Source: a virus
Taxonomy: Duplodnaviria > Caudoviricetes
Reading direction: 5' to 3' (one strand)
DNA: 28,994 nucleotides
IMG/VR virus record: IMGVR_UViG_3300020042_007659
Location: 1-28,994 of that record
The notes under the pieces were generated by a model, which searched no databases, was not told the origin of the DNA, and saw only the letters and a program-made list of their open reading frames with translations. How positions within the stretch are numbered: the first letter of the stretch is position 1; each line of letters starts with the position of its first letter. The translations under genes were made by a program, and so were the position numbers. Below, in pieces: positions 8,675 through 18,406 of the stretch.

Positions 8675-11343
8675 TGGGAGTTTTAACTACACAAGGATAT
8701 AGGGGTAAACTGGTTGATAAGTTAACTGGTACTATTTTAGATCAGTTCAGTGATGAAGATATTAAGATATCTAACAATGTTCTTGATTTATTTGATTTAG
8801 GTGAAATACCAGGTACGTACACACAACAAATTACTTTACCAGGTACTAAACTTAATAATGCTTTTTTTGAGCAATATTATGATATTAGTGTTTGGGAACC
8901 AGATTTATTCAACACTAATCAAAAGGTAGAAGCATATCTTGATTTCGATGCGTTTTATTTAGTTAATGGCTATCTGCAATTAAACAAAGTTAATGTATTT
9001 CAAAATAAATTTGTTGATTCATACGAGGTAACTCTATTCGGTATTATCTCTAACTTCAGTATCGACACAAGAACGTCTTTCTTAACAGATATCACCTCTT
9101 TAAGCGCTTATAACCATACTTCATCTGTTGCTAATATTACATCAAGTTGGGCAGGTGGGTTATTCAATGGTGACATTGTTTATCCAATGATTGAATATGG
9201 TAATGACGCTACATCTCAACCTAATTTCTATTTTTCACAAGTTACTTTTTTAGGTATTGATGATAATGAGTCAGCAATTGTAGTATCTGATTATAAACCA
9301 GCTATTCGTATTAAGAAAGTATGGGATGCTATATTTAATGAATTTGGTTACACATACACAGGTAGTTTCTGGAATCAATCATTTTTAGATAATGTTTACA
9401 TGCCTCTAAATAATGGTAAGCAAGTACCTATATACAATCCATCTATTGAAGGTTATTATCAATTTAAATTAGCTAATGTATCAGGATCTGCTTATACACT
9501 AACTGCTTACGATTCATCTTCTGCTACTAACTTTAGAATGAATTCTGAAGTATATGATAATAGTGGTGCTTCTACTTTAGTTGGTGCTAGTGGTTTTACA
9601 TTTGTATCTCCTATTACATCAAAATATGATGTTAAACTAAATCTAGCATATAAAGTTATATCTGGTTCATTTGGTGCAGGATCAGGTATGCCTGCTTTTT
9701 ATATTGATTATGTTTCAGGATCAACAGTTGTTAATACACAGGTATTAGCTAGATTAAATACAGCAAATACGGTAATAGCTAATTCTAGATCACAAGTAGT
9801 AACACAAACATTTAATTCATCTAATACTCCTTTACTTAAAGATTATCAATTTCAAACACCACCTTTAGCTCCAGGAACATATACAATTAGATTATATCAA
9901 TTACCAATTAATGCTAACAACTATCAAGTTCAAATAAATCCAGATGAAAATAGTCAATCTACAATAGAATTTTGGAGATGTAGACAAGCAGCTGATTTTA
10001 AAGTATTAGATGTACCTAGTAACATGCCTCAAGGTACATCAGGTATTCGTGTAATTGATTTTATTAGATCAATACAAAAGAAATTTAATTTAGTTATTTA
10101 TCCTGATAAACAAAATCCAAATCAGTTCGTTATTGAAACGTTTAATAACTGGTATAAACAAGGTGAAATTAAGGATTTTAACAAATATATTAATCTACAG
10201 GATAAAATTGAATTTACACCTGCTAATCAGTTAGGATATAGACAGGTAAGATACAGTGATGCTGAAGATACTGATTATATTACAACATTATTTAAACGCA
10301 CAAACAATAGAGTATATGGCGAATCAAATTACTATGATTCAGGATCATATTACTCACAAGGAAAATTAGATGTAACATCAGATGTAATTGGTAATGGTCC
10401 AATAATCTTAGTAGATGGATCCGTTTATACAGGTTCAGTAGCAAACGCTACTTGTACAACATATTATCTTTATAATTTTAGTGAACCTCCTCTTCTTACT
10501 ACTCTTATTGTTTCATATACACAATGTAATGGATCAACAACTACTGTAGAACTATCTCCAGGTGAAAATACTAATGTTTGTGCTCAAACTAATACTATAA
10601 GTTTAACATCAGGTAATGGTGCTTATTTTGGTGTTGATGAGGTAGGAGATTGTTCTCCAACACCAACAGCAGGTAGTAATCAATATCCAATGTATATACC
10701 TCAGTATATTGCTGATGGTAGATATACACCAGCAAGAGTGTTACCACGTTTATATTTTTATAATGGATTAGTTGAATCACAAAAATACTATATTGAAGGA
10801 TATTTTGCTAGTACAGGCAGTGTAACTCCTTTACAAATTTTTGAATATCCTTATTTTGACAACTATTCAACTGGTAGCTTAAATGGTACAGCATCCGTTT
10901 ATCCACAATTAGATTCATTATCGTTACTTTATAATAATGAACAAGCAGTATGGGGTACAACACCAACAGGATCATTAGTAAGTGATTATTGGGCTACTTA
11001 TTTAGGTTTATTATATAATCCTAGAACACGTTTAGTTGATGCTAGTGCTGTAATTGGTTTAGCTGATTACTTTGATTTAGAATTAAACGATATAGCTGAA
11101 TTTAGAGGTAACTACTATCACTTAAGAGCAATTAATGATTATAATTTAACTACAGGCGAATGTAATATTCAAATGTTAGGTCCAATTATTCCAGATACAA
11201 TATCAAGTGTATTAAGTGGATCATGGTCACCAGTAGAAGATTTATGTGCATTTACTTACACGGGTTCATTATATACTTGTACACAATGGAATGAAAATCA
11301 AAATCAATGGGAACAAGCTAACGTGTTATGGAACTGCAGTTAA
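8674..11343 (+). CDS. Large tail tip/hub protein
   Basis: 889 aa; N-terminal 'LD.F.DE.I...YTQ.I.LPGT..NN.FF' and 'DF..SI.K.FNL' motifs typical of siphovirus tail-tip proteins; has a Cys-containing insert. Confidence 0.6.
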   Translation: MGVLTTQGYRGKLVDKLTGTILDQFSDEDIKISNNVLDLFDLGEIPGTYTQQITLPGTKLNNAFFEQYYDISVWEPDLFNTNQKVEAYLDFDAFYLVNGYLQLNKVNVFQNKFVDSYEVTLFGIISNFSIDTRTSFLTDITSLSAYNHTSSVANITSSWAGGLFNGDIVYPMIEYGNDATSQPNFYFSQVTFLGIDDNESAIVVSDYKPAIRIKKVWDAIFNEFGYTYTGSFWNQSFLDNVYMPLNNGKQVPIYNPSIEGYYQFKLANVSGSAYTLTAYDSSSATNFRMNSEVYDNSGASTLVGASGFTFVSPITSKYDVKLNLAYKVISGSFGAGSGMPAFYIDYVSGSTVVNTQVLARLNTANTVIANSRSQVVTQTFNSSNTPLLKDYQFQTPPLAPGTYTIRLYQLPINANNYQVQINPDENSQSTIEFWRCRQAADFKVLDVPSNMPQGTSGIRVIDFIRSIQKKFNLVIYPDKQNPNQFVIETFNNWYKQGEIKDFNKYINLQDKIEFTPANQLGYRQVRYSDAEDTDYITTLFKRTNNRVYGESNYYDSGSYYSQGKLDVTSDVIGNGPIILVDGSVYTGSVANATCTTYYLYNFSEPPLLTTLIVSYTQCNGSTTTVELSPGENTNVCAQTNTISLTSGNGAYFGVDEVGDCSPTPTAGSNQYPMYIPQYIADGRYTPARVLPRLYFYNGLVESQKYYIEGYFASTGSVTPLQIFEYPYFDNYSTGSLNGTASVYPQLDSLSLLYNNEQAVWGTTPTGSLVSDYWATYLGLLYNPRTRLVDASAVIGLADYFDLELNDIAEFRGNYYHLRAINDYNLTTGECNIQMLGPIIPDTISSVLSGSWSPVEDLCAFTYTGSLYTCTQWNENQNQWEQANVLWNCS

Positions 11344-11368
11344 TTAATAAAAATATAAAAATAAAAAT

Positions 11369-12475
11369 ATGGCAACTTTAACAGGACAATTTATCAGCCA
11401 AAGTTACGGCGGTGTAATTCAATTGTCTACTAATACAGGTATTGTTTCTGGGTCATATACCCAGTTACAAGACGGATTTGGAAATAATTTAGGTATATTC
11501 CTTAATGGTGGATCTACAGGTACACCATCAACATCATCATTAGCCAGTATGAAAGTATCTGGTTCACTTACTGTATATTATGGAATAAGAATAGACCAAT
11601 CTGATTTAGATATTGGACTGGGTAATATTAATCTTACTAATGGCAATATTTTACAAGTTAATGGAGCTAATACTTTAAGAAATACAGCTATTTCCGGTAG
11701 TTTAGGTGTAACAGGTGGTATTACAGGTAGCTTATTAGGTACAGCGTCATTTGCTAATTTCGCTACAACAGCATCATTCGCTTTAAATGTAACACCAACT
11801 CCAACAGGTTCATTTGCAACAACCGGATCAAATAGGTTTAACGGAAATCAAACTATAACTGGTAGCTTAGTAACTACACAGGGTATTAACATTAAAAGTG
11901 GTGATTTAGATTTTGAAGGAGGTAACATTAACATTTATAGTGGTAATATCAATCAATTTGCTGGTGCTTCTTCACTAAAAAATCTTACAGCTACTGGTAG
12001 TTTGTTAGGCACAGCGTCATTTGCTAATAATGCTACTTCAGCATCATTTGCTGTTAGTGCATCATGGGCTCCATTTACACCAACTCCAACAGGTTCATTT
12101 GCCACAACAGGTAGTAATACATTTGTAGGTAATCAAACAATAAGTGGTAGTACATCAATTGCAGTTAAAGCATTAACAATTAGTTCTCAAACAGCATCTA
12201 TGGATTTAAGTACAGGAGATGTATTTACTTTAACATTAGTAAGTGGTTCAAATACATTTATTAATCCTACAAATATAAAATCAGGACAAACATCAATATT
12301 ACAAGTTACACAAGCTTCATCAGCATATGGTACAGTAACATTTCCTTCAACTGTAACTTTTCCAAGTGGATCTAGTTATATACCATCATACGGTGCTAGT
12401 CAAGTTGATGTTATATCTTTTATTAGTTTTAATGGAACTGTTTTAAGAGCAGTACCTTCAAATTTATTTGTTTAA
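11369..12475 (+). CDS. Tail fibre-like protein with TGS/SAS repeats
   Basis: 368 aa; two copies of 'TGSLLGTASFA...TPTGSFATTGSN.F.GNQTI.GS' and a C-terminal globular domain (TASMDLSTGDVF...VDVISF). Confidence 0.6.
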   Translation: MATLTGQFISQSYGGVIQLSTNTGIVSGSYTQLQDGFGNNLGIFLNGGSTGTPSTSSLASMKVSGSLTVYYGIRIDQSDLDIGLGNINLTNGNILQVNGANTLRNTAISGSLGVTGGITGSLLGTASFANFATTASFALNVTPTPTGSFATTGSNRFNGNQTITGSLVTTQGINIKSGDLDFEGGNINIYSGNINQFAGASSLKNLTATGSLLGTASFANNATSASFAVSASWAPFTPTPTGSFATTGSNTFVGNQTISGSTSIAVKALTISSQTASMDLSTGDVFTLTLVSGSNTFINPTNIKSGQTSILQVTQASSAYGTVTFPSTVTFPSGSSYIPSYGASQVDVISFISFNGTVLRAVPSNLFV

Positions 12476-12893
12476 TATGATAACAAAATATTTTGATAAC
12501 GCTAAAGTATCAGGTTCAGTAATTTTACGTTATATTATAAATACAGTTCCTGGAGACACATATAAACTCTATAGTAATGGAGTAGATATTACTCCTTCTG
12601 GTATGAGTGCTAATGATTCTGTGAACGTATCTGTTCCTTTATATAGTGTCATACAATCTGATTTTACTTCTAGTGTACCGACTAGATGGCCAGATATGGG
12701 AGTGTATTGTGGACCTGTTGTTAGTTTTACTTTTCAAACAAAAGTTGCTAGCTTATGTTACATTAATACAGGTCCTTCTTCTGGTTCTTTAACATTTACT
12801 GTACTGCCAACTTTAGATAAAGCAGGTGGAGGTCAAAGTTATAATGTTATAAGTTTTAATAGAAATATGGCTGATGGAGGATGTTTTAACTAA
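12468..12893 (+). CDS. Hypothetical protein (probable fibre-associated virion protein)
   Basis: 141 aa beta-rich ORF overlapping the fibre gene stop. Confidence 0.5.
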   Translation: MFNMITKYFDNAKVSGSVILRYIINTVPGDTYKLYSNGVDITPSGMSANDSVNVSVPLYSVIQSDFTSSVPTRWPDMGVYCGPVVSFTFQTKVASLCYINTGPSSGSLTFTVLPTLDKAGGGQSYNVISFNRNMADGGCFN

Positions 12894-12903
12894 AAAATAA
12901 TTT

Positions 12904-14028
12904 ATGCCTAACTTATTATATCAATTAACATTACTAACAGAAGGAGCTAATAGTGGACCTTACTATAACGTAACTTACACTACAGCATCTATTTTCTATC
13001 CTGTATTAGCAGGTACACCAGCTTATTTACCTAATGTAGGTGATAGTGTTATTGTATCTATTCCTTCAGCATCAATGTCTTATTTAGCATTTAACTTAAA
13101 TAACGGAATTGGTGGTTGTGAATTATGTGATAATAATGTTGTTTTTGTAATTACAGGTTCAGCACCAACACCACCAACATCAAGTTGTTGTACTCCTACC
13201 TTAGATAGTGTTACTTTATCTGGTAGTTTTGCTAATGTAGCATTTACTTTACCAACAGGTAGTTGTTTATCTTGTAGTGTTGTGACAATACAAACATCTA
13301 CAGATGGAATAACATATGACACTAGTTATACTGCTGGATGTGCTTCACCAAGATCAATTACGGCACCAACAGCATCATGTAGTTCATACACAACATATTA
13401 TAGATTGTATCAAACGTGTTCTGGTTCAGTAACTAGTTCATTTTCAAATACAGGATCATTATTTGTATCTGCAAGTGGAAACATTTGTTGTATACCAACA
13501 ATTACAAGTATAGCACCATCAGGTAGCTTAACAAGTAGCTTATTTATAAATTATGCTACTACTTCTGGTTCTTGTTGTTTAACTTGTTCATTTATAACAT
13601 TAACAACATCATCAGATGGTACTAATTTTGGTGGAGCAGTAACAGCTAGTTGTACTGGATCTCAATTTATAGTAACAGCACCTCTTTGTGATACAACAGG
13701 ATATTATAGATTACAACAAACATGTTCAGGATCAGTAACGAGTTCGTTCTCAGCAACTGGATCATTTAGTTTTAGTTGTCCACCATCAGGATATTATTAC
13801 TATTCAGTTAATCAATTTGATTGTGATGGTTGTATTCAAACTTTTTCTGCTTTAGCAGCTAGATCAAGTACTGCTAAATCAACAATTGATGGAGTTTACT
13901 ACAATCCATACGGAGATGGATTCGTTTATCAAATTCAAACTGAAATTACACCAGCACCAGCATCATATGATATTGATTTAGACGGAGCACCATCAAATGC
14001 TAATTGCGGTACTGCTTGCTCAATTTAA
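12904..14028 (+). CDS. Cys-rich, Ser/Thr-rich virion protein with two ~100-aa FN3/Ig-like repeats
   Basis: 374 aa with 22 Cys by hand count; repeats start at 13186 and 13486 (CC.PT...S.DG...YYRL.QTCSGSVTSSFS.TGS). Confidence 0.6.
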   Translation: MPNLLYQLTLLTEGANSGPYYNVTYTTASIFYPVLAGTPAYLPNVGDSVIVSIPSASMSYLAFNLNNGIGGCELCDNNVVFVITGSAPTPPTSSCCTPTLDSVTLSGSFANVAFTLPTGSCLSCSVVTIQTSTDGITYDTSYTAGCASPRSITAPTASCSSYTTYYRLYQTCSGSVTSSFSNTGSLFVSASGNICCIPTITSIAPSGSLTSSLFINYATTSGSCCLTCSFITLTTSSDGTNFGGAVTASCTGSQFIVTAPLCDTTGYYRLQQTCSGSVTSSFSATGSFSFSCPPSGYYYYSVNQFDCDGCIQTFSALAARSSTAKSTIDGVYYNPYGDGFVYQIQTEITPAPASYDIDLDGAPSNANCGTACSI

Positions 14029-14038
14029 AAACACACAC

Positions 14039-14188
14039 ATGACACAAAATATAAACATAGAAAACATTGTTACAATGATGAAAATGTTGCCTAAGCAATA
14101 TGACACACCAGCAATTAAAGTAGCAAAAGGTAAAAATAAATTACCTACAACAATTAAAGAAGTAATTAAAAAGTTTAAAAATGGCTGA
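14039..14188 (+). CDS. Small basic protein preceding tape measure (49 aa; likely start 14039)
   Basis: ATG after an A/C-rich leader, 10 nt past the upstream stop; 'I..AKG...LP.TIKE' motif; overlaps the tape-measure start. Confidence 0.55.
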   Translation: MTQNINIENIVTMMKMLPKQYDTPAIKVAKGKNKLPTTIKEVIKKFKNG

Positions 14189-16160
14189 TGAAACCGTAGA
14201 CATAGACGTCAATATTAATACCAATACAGAACAAGCTGAGGGTAGTTTTACACGTCTACAAAGTCAAATTAGAGAGACTACCCGTTTGTTACAAGCGGCG
14301 GAAGCGGCTGGTGATCAAGCTGCATTTAACCAATACAAGAAAAATCTAGATGATTTAGAAGATAAATTAGAAATAACTAATTTAAAACAAAAACAACTAG
14401 ATGATACTCTTGCTGCTGCTCCAGGACCATTAGGTAAAGCAGGTGCAGCGGTTAAAGGATTAGATGGTGCATTTAAGTTTTTACTTGCTAATCCAGTTGT
14501 AGCGATTATAGCTGCCATTGCTAGTGCTTTACTTGGAATGAAGAAAGCTCTTGAATCAACTAAAGAAGGTCAAGACACTTTAAATAGAGTATCTCAAGCG
14601 TTTTCTAAAATACTTGGACCATTACTTGCAATTGTTGAGAAAGTTGCTTTACCTATTTTTAATTCATTTGCTTTTATATTAGAGAAGGTTGCTGCAGGTT
14701 TTAACAAATTTGCTACTTTCTTAGGTATTAGCTCTAGTAAAATTGCAGAAGCTACTCTATCAGTAGATAAGGTTCAGCAAGAAGCCAATAAAAAAGAAGA
14801 GGAAAGACAAAAAGAAATACAGCAAAAACGTGAGCAAGCTGAAAAAGATAGAATTGCTAAACAAAAACAAGCCGCTGAGGAAAGAAGAAAAGCAAGAGAA
14901 GCAGAATTACAATCAATAGAAGATGGTGAGAAAGAAGCATTTCTTGTTTTATTAGATGCACGCGAAAAAGAAGAATATCAAGTTAATGAAAAATATTCTA
15001 AGTTAATTTTTCTTGCTATTAAGCATAAAAGAGATATTACTTCATTACGTGAAGCCCAAGCTAAAGAACTTGCTGCAATAGATAAGAAATATGATGAAGC
15101 TGATGAAAAAGCTATACAAAGTTATTTTGCAAAAGTATCTACCATTAACGTTGCTGCAATTGAAGATGAAACTGAACGCAGCAAACAATCACGTAGAGAC
15201 AAATATAGAGAAGATTTAATTGCTTTAGAAGCAGATATAAGATTTATTAAAGAATCAGAAGGATCTAAAGCGTTTATTAGACAAAATTTATTAGATGTTC
15301 TTAATAGAGATTTAACTAAAATTGAGGATGATGATAAAAAGAAGAAGAAAGACGCTAGATTAAAAGAGCTTGATGATGAATTAAAATTCTTGCAAGTTAA
15401 AGGAGAAGGACTAGCAGTAGGTACTGCATCATATTATGATAATCAATTTGAAATATTACGTGTTGCAAATCAAAAAGAAGTACTTGAAGCAGAAGGGAAT
15501 GCAGCTAAATTATTGGCAATTGAACAAAAATACTTAAAGTCTAAAAAAGAATTAAGAGCACAAGAACTTAATGCAATACTTCAAAATGCATCAACTATAC
15601 TTGGCGCTGTTAATGGTATATTCAGTCAAGCATCTAGTAATGCTAAAATGCAACAAGAGATTGATATTCAGAATGCAGAAGGTAATGTTGAGAAAATTGA
15701 AGAAATCAAAAGAAAAGGATTTGAAGACAATAAAAAGATTCAAATTGCACAAGCTATTATTAGTACATTGCAAGGAGCAATTTCAGCTTATACATCATTA
15801 GCTGTTATTCCTGTAGTAGGACCAGTATTAGGTTTTGCAGCAGCAGCAGCCGCATTAGTTTTTGGATATAAACAAGTTGCTTTAATTAAACAACAACAAT
15901 ATAAATCAAGTTCATCTGGCAGTACTTCATCAGTTGGTGCTACTGGAGGTTCACCATCACTTGCAACACCAACAATAGGTGCTCCACAAATAGGGGCTAC
16001 ACAAAGCCAATCAGGACAAATTGCAGGTGTAGTAGCAGGCGCATTAGATAGAAATAATTCAGAAGGACGTCCATTACGCGCTTATGTTGTAGGTAATGAT
16101 ATTACATCAGAACAACAATTACAACGTAGACTTAGAACAGCGGCTAGATTAGGGGGATAG
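14181..16160 (+). CDS. Tape measure protein
   Basis: 659 aa, largely coiled coil; 'LLANPVVAIIAAI' and 'AVIPVVGPVLGFAAAAAA' hydrophobic stretches; C-terminal 'RAYVVGNDITSEQ'. Confidence 0.85.
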   Translation: MADETVDIDVNINTNTEQAEGSFTRLQSQIRETTRLLQAAEAAGDQAAFNQYKKNLDDLEDKLEITNLKQKQLDDTLAAAPGPLGKAGAAVKGLDGAFKFLLANPVVAIIAAIASALLGMKKALESTKEGQDTLNRVSQAFSKILGPLLAIVEKVALPIFNSFAFILEKVAAGFNKFATFLGISSSKIAEATLSVDKVQQEANKKEEERQKEIQQKREQAEKDRIAKQKQAAEERRKAREAELQSIEDGEKEAFLVLLDAREKEEYQVNEKYSKLIFLAIKHKRDITSLREAQAKELAAIDKKYDEADEKAIQSYFAKVSTINVAAIEDETERSKQSRRDKYREDLIALEADIRFIKESEGSKAFIRQNLLDVLNRDLTKIEDDDKKKKKDARLKELDDELKFLQVKGEGLAVGTASYYDNQFEILRVANQKEVLEAEGNAAKLLAIEQKYLKSKKELRAQELNAILQNASTILGAVNGIFSQASSNAKMQQEIDIQNAEGNVEKIEEIKRKGFEDNKKIQIAQAIISTLQGAISAYTSLAVIPVVGPVLGFAAAAAALVFGYKQVALIKQQQYKSSSSGSTSSVGATGGSPSLATPTIGAPQIGATQSQSGQIAGVVAGALDRNNSEGRPLRAYVVGNDITSEQQLQRRLRTAARLGG

Positions 16161-16161
16161 T

Positions 16162-16176
16162 GTTATAACAATATAA
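16162..16176 (+). promoter_or_regulatory. Putative late promoter core GTTATAACAATATAA
   Basis: 15-nt exact match to 1510-1524, in the gap before the protease gene; upstream element not evident. Confidence 0.5.
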
Positions 16177-16185
16177 TAAAAAATC

Positions 16186-17619
16186 ATGGCAGAAAAGAAA
16201 AAGAAAATATACAAGATGTTTATTGACGAAGAGGATATGGATAGTGGTGTATTTGCAATATCATTAGTAGCTGATCCAGCGATTGAATCAAATTGGATTT
16301 ACTTATCTAAACAACACAGAATTGAATTAGCTGAGGTAAATAAAGAGAAACGCTTATTATTAGGCCCAGTATTAATTCCAAACAAAGAAATACCACGTAT
16401 CGATGATGTTACTGGTGAAGAATATGATATTGTATTTGATGAAGCTGTTATTGAAAAAGCAGCACAATTATTCTTACAACGCCAACACAATAATTCATCA
16501 ACACTAGAACACGAAACAGAATTAAATGATATTTCAATTGTTGAATCATGGTTAGTAGCTGATTCTAAAGCAGACAAATCAAACGCCTATGGATTATCAT
16601 ATCCAAAAGGAACATGGTTAGTAATGGCTAAGGTTAACAATGACGAGATTTGGAGTGAATATGTGAAAACCGGTAAAGTCAAAGGATTTAGCCTAGAAGG
16701 TTTATTTGGACATAATTTGGTAGAAGCATCAAAGCAAGCGCATTTAGTGGCCTTATCTGACTTGAATGATAGTTTTGATAGCGAGTATGCCGAGGAAATG
16801 TTAGCATCAATTAAAGGCATAATTAAAAAGGATAGTAGATTAAAAGAGGGTCAACGTGTCGAAATGGAATCATATAACGATTATCCTGATACAGTTAAAA
16901 ACGCTGCTAAACGTGGTATTGCTTTAAATGAAAAAGTTAATAATAAATGTGCCACTGACGTTGGGAAGATTAGGGCACAGCAATTGGCAAACGGTAGAAA
17001 TATTAGTGTGCAAACCATTAAGCGCATGTACGCTTACACTTCACGAGCTAGAGAATTTTATAACCCAGATGACACTACAGCATGCGGCACTATCTCTTAC
17101 TTACTATGGGGAGGGGACGCTGCCAATTCATGGTCCGCAGCTAAATTAAAAAAATTAGGATTATTTCAAGGTGAAACTGCTGTGTCAGTTAGTTCATCAT
17201 ATGCAGGTCAATTTGGTGATGGTAAAACAAAATCTAAGAAACCAAAGAAAGATAACTATATAGCACCCGCAATGTTAGAAGACGAGGTGAATATGGATGT
17301 GTTTGGATACAAAACAAAATACTTTCAGATTTGTCCTGGTGCTCAAGCAACCTTTAAATCATTAGTAATGTTACCTAACTTAGAAGAGGATAATATTGGA
17401 ATGATACGTTCAGCAGCCGTTATTGCAGATGCAGTATTCAAAATAGAGAATGATGTATTAGAATCTAAAACAGCTACTCAAGCACAATTAGATGAAGCAA
17501 CAGTATTAGTTGATGATTATAAAGATATCATTGAAGAAATAGATGAAGATAATTTAACTAGTACAGACGTATCATATATGGATGGTCATATTGAAACAAT
17601 TAAATCATATGTTAAGTAA
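16186..17619 (+). CDS. Prohead maturation protease (XkdF/S78-like N-domain) with additional C-terminal domains
   Basis: N-terminal ~175 aa: 'AISLV.DPAIE', 'G.VLIPNK.I.R', 'TLEH', 'ESW', 'PKGTW', 'VK.GKVKGFSLEG'. Followed by a 'SYNDYP...GKIRAQQLANG...ISYLLWGG' domain and an acidic helical domain. Confidence 0.8.
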   Translation: MAEKKKKIYKMFIDEEDMDSGVFAISLVADPAIESNWIYLSKQHRIELAEVNKEKRLLLGPVLIPNKEIPRIDDVTGEEYDIVFDEAVIEKAAQLFLQRQHNNSSTLEHETELNDISIVESWLVADSKADKSNAYGLSYPKGTWLVMAKVNNDEIWSEYVKTGKVKGFSLEGLFGHNLVEASKQAHLVALSDLNDSFDSEYAEEMLASIKGIIKKDSRLKEGQRVEMESYNDYPDTVKNAAKRGIALNEKVNNKCATDVGKIRAQQLANGRNISVQTIKRMYAYTSRAREFYNPDDTTACGTISYLLWGGDAANSWSAAKLKKLGLFQGETAVSVSSSYAGQFGDGKTKSKKPKKDNYIAPAMLEDEVNMDVFGYKTKYFQICPGAQATFKSLVMLPNLEEDNIGMIRSAAVIADAVFKIENDVLESKTATQAQLDEATVLVDDYKDIIEEIDEDNLTSTDVSYMDGHIETIKSYVK

Positions 17620-18061
17620 TAGCGCTAAAAAATTCTTAGATAAACTAGCTGAAATAGGTCCTAGAGGTGGAATTAAAGAATCACCTAAAGCACCTAAATC
17701 AGATACACCTAACCCAAACCCAAAAGGTGAAGGTACAGCAAGAGGTGATGCATCAGGAAAACGTGGTGCTCAAGTAAGTGTTGCTGATGAAAAAACACTA
17801 CAAGGTAAAGCTGCTGAATTTAACGCTAAGGAATCAAATACCAAAAACGGTAAAGCAACATTAGGTGCATTAAAATCAGTATTTCAACGCGGTTTAGGCG
17901 CATACAATACATCACGTTCACCTAAAGTAGTATCACCTAAACAGTGGGCTTTAGCACGTGTGAATGCATTTTTGTATTTGCTTAAAAACGGCAGACCACA
18001 AAACGCTGGTTACACAACTGATTATGATTTGTTACCTAAAGGACATCCAAAAGCAGAATAA
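17609..18061 (+). CDS. Head-associated hypothetical protein (likely start 17609)
   Basis: Overlaps the protease stop; 'L..VF.RG.GAY.TS...QWA.ARVNAFL...D.DLLP.GHP' motif recalled from head-associated phage proteins. Confidence 0.55.
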   Translation: MLSNSAKKFLDKLAEIGPRGGIKESPKAPKSDTPNPNPKGEGTARGDASGKRGAQVSVADEKTLQGKAAEFNAKESNTKNGKATLGALKSVFQRGLGAYNTSRSPKVVSPKQWALARVNAFLYLLKNGRPQNAGYTTDYDLLPKGHPKAE

Positions 18062-18405
18062 TGTTTACATCAGGAGATAAAGCATTCATGAATAACTTAA
18101 ACAAATGGCAATCGCTAGGTGTTAAGAAAGATGTTATTGCTATTGCTGAGAGTAGAGAAATGGCTGATGAGATAAAACAAAACGTTATTGATCAGCTTGA
18201 TTTTTATGATCACAATGTTACTGGTAAGTTAGAAAATAGTATCGGTGTTAGATCACTTGGTAATGGTGAGTTTGGTGTTACAGCAACTGAATACGCCAAG
18301 TATGTAAATGGTTATGACCGCGAAGCAACAGGTACAGGATTTGTAGATGATGCAGTTAATCAAGCAATACTTGACATTGGTCAAGATGCTGAAGTAAACA
18401 TATAA
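18061..18405 (+). CDS. Acidic paralogue of the HK97 gp10-like neck protein
   Basis: 114 aa; 'NVTGKLENSI...EYAKYVN' aligns by eye with 'VASGRLVNSV...IDGKWVT' of 6901..7374. Confidence 0.45.
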   Translation: MFTSGDKAFMNNLNKWQSLGVKKDVIAIAESREMADEIKQNVIDQLDFYDHNVTGKLENSIGVRSLGNGEFGVTATEYAKYVNGYDREATGTGFVDDAVNQAILDIGQDAEVNI

Positions 18406-18406
18406 T

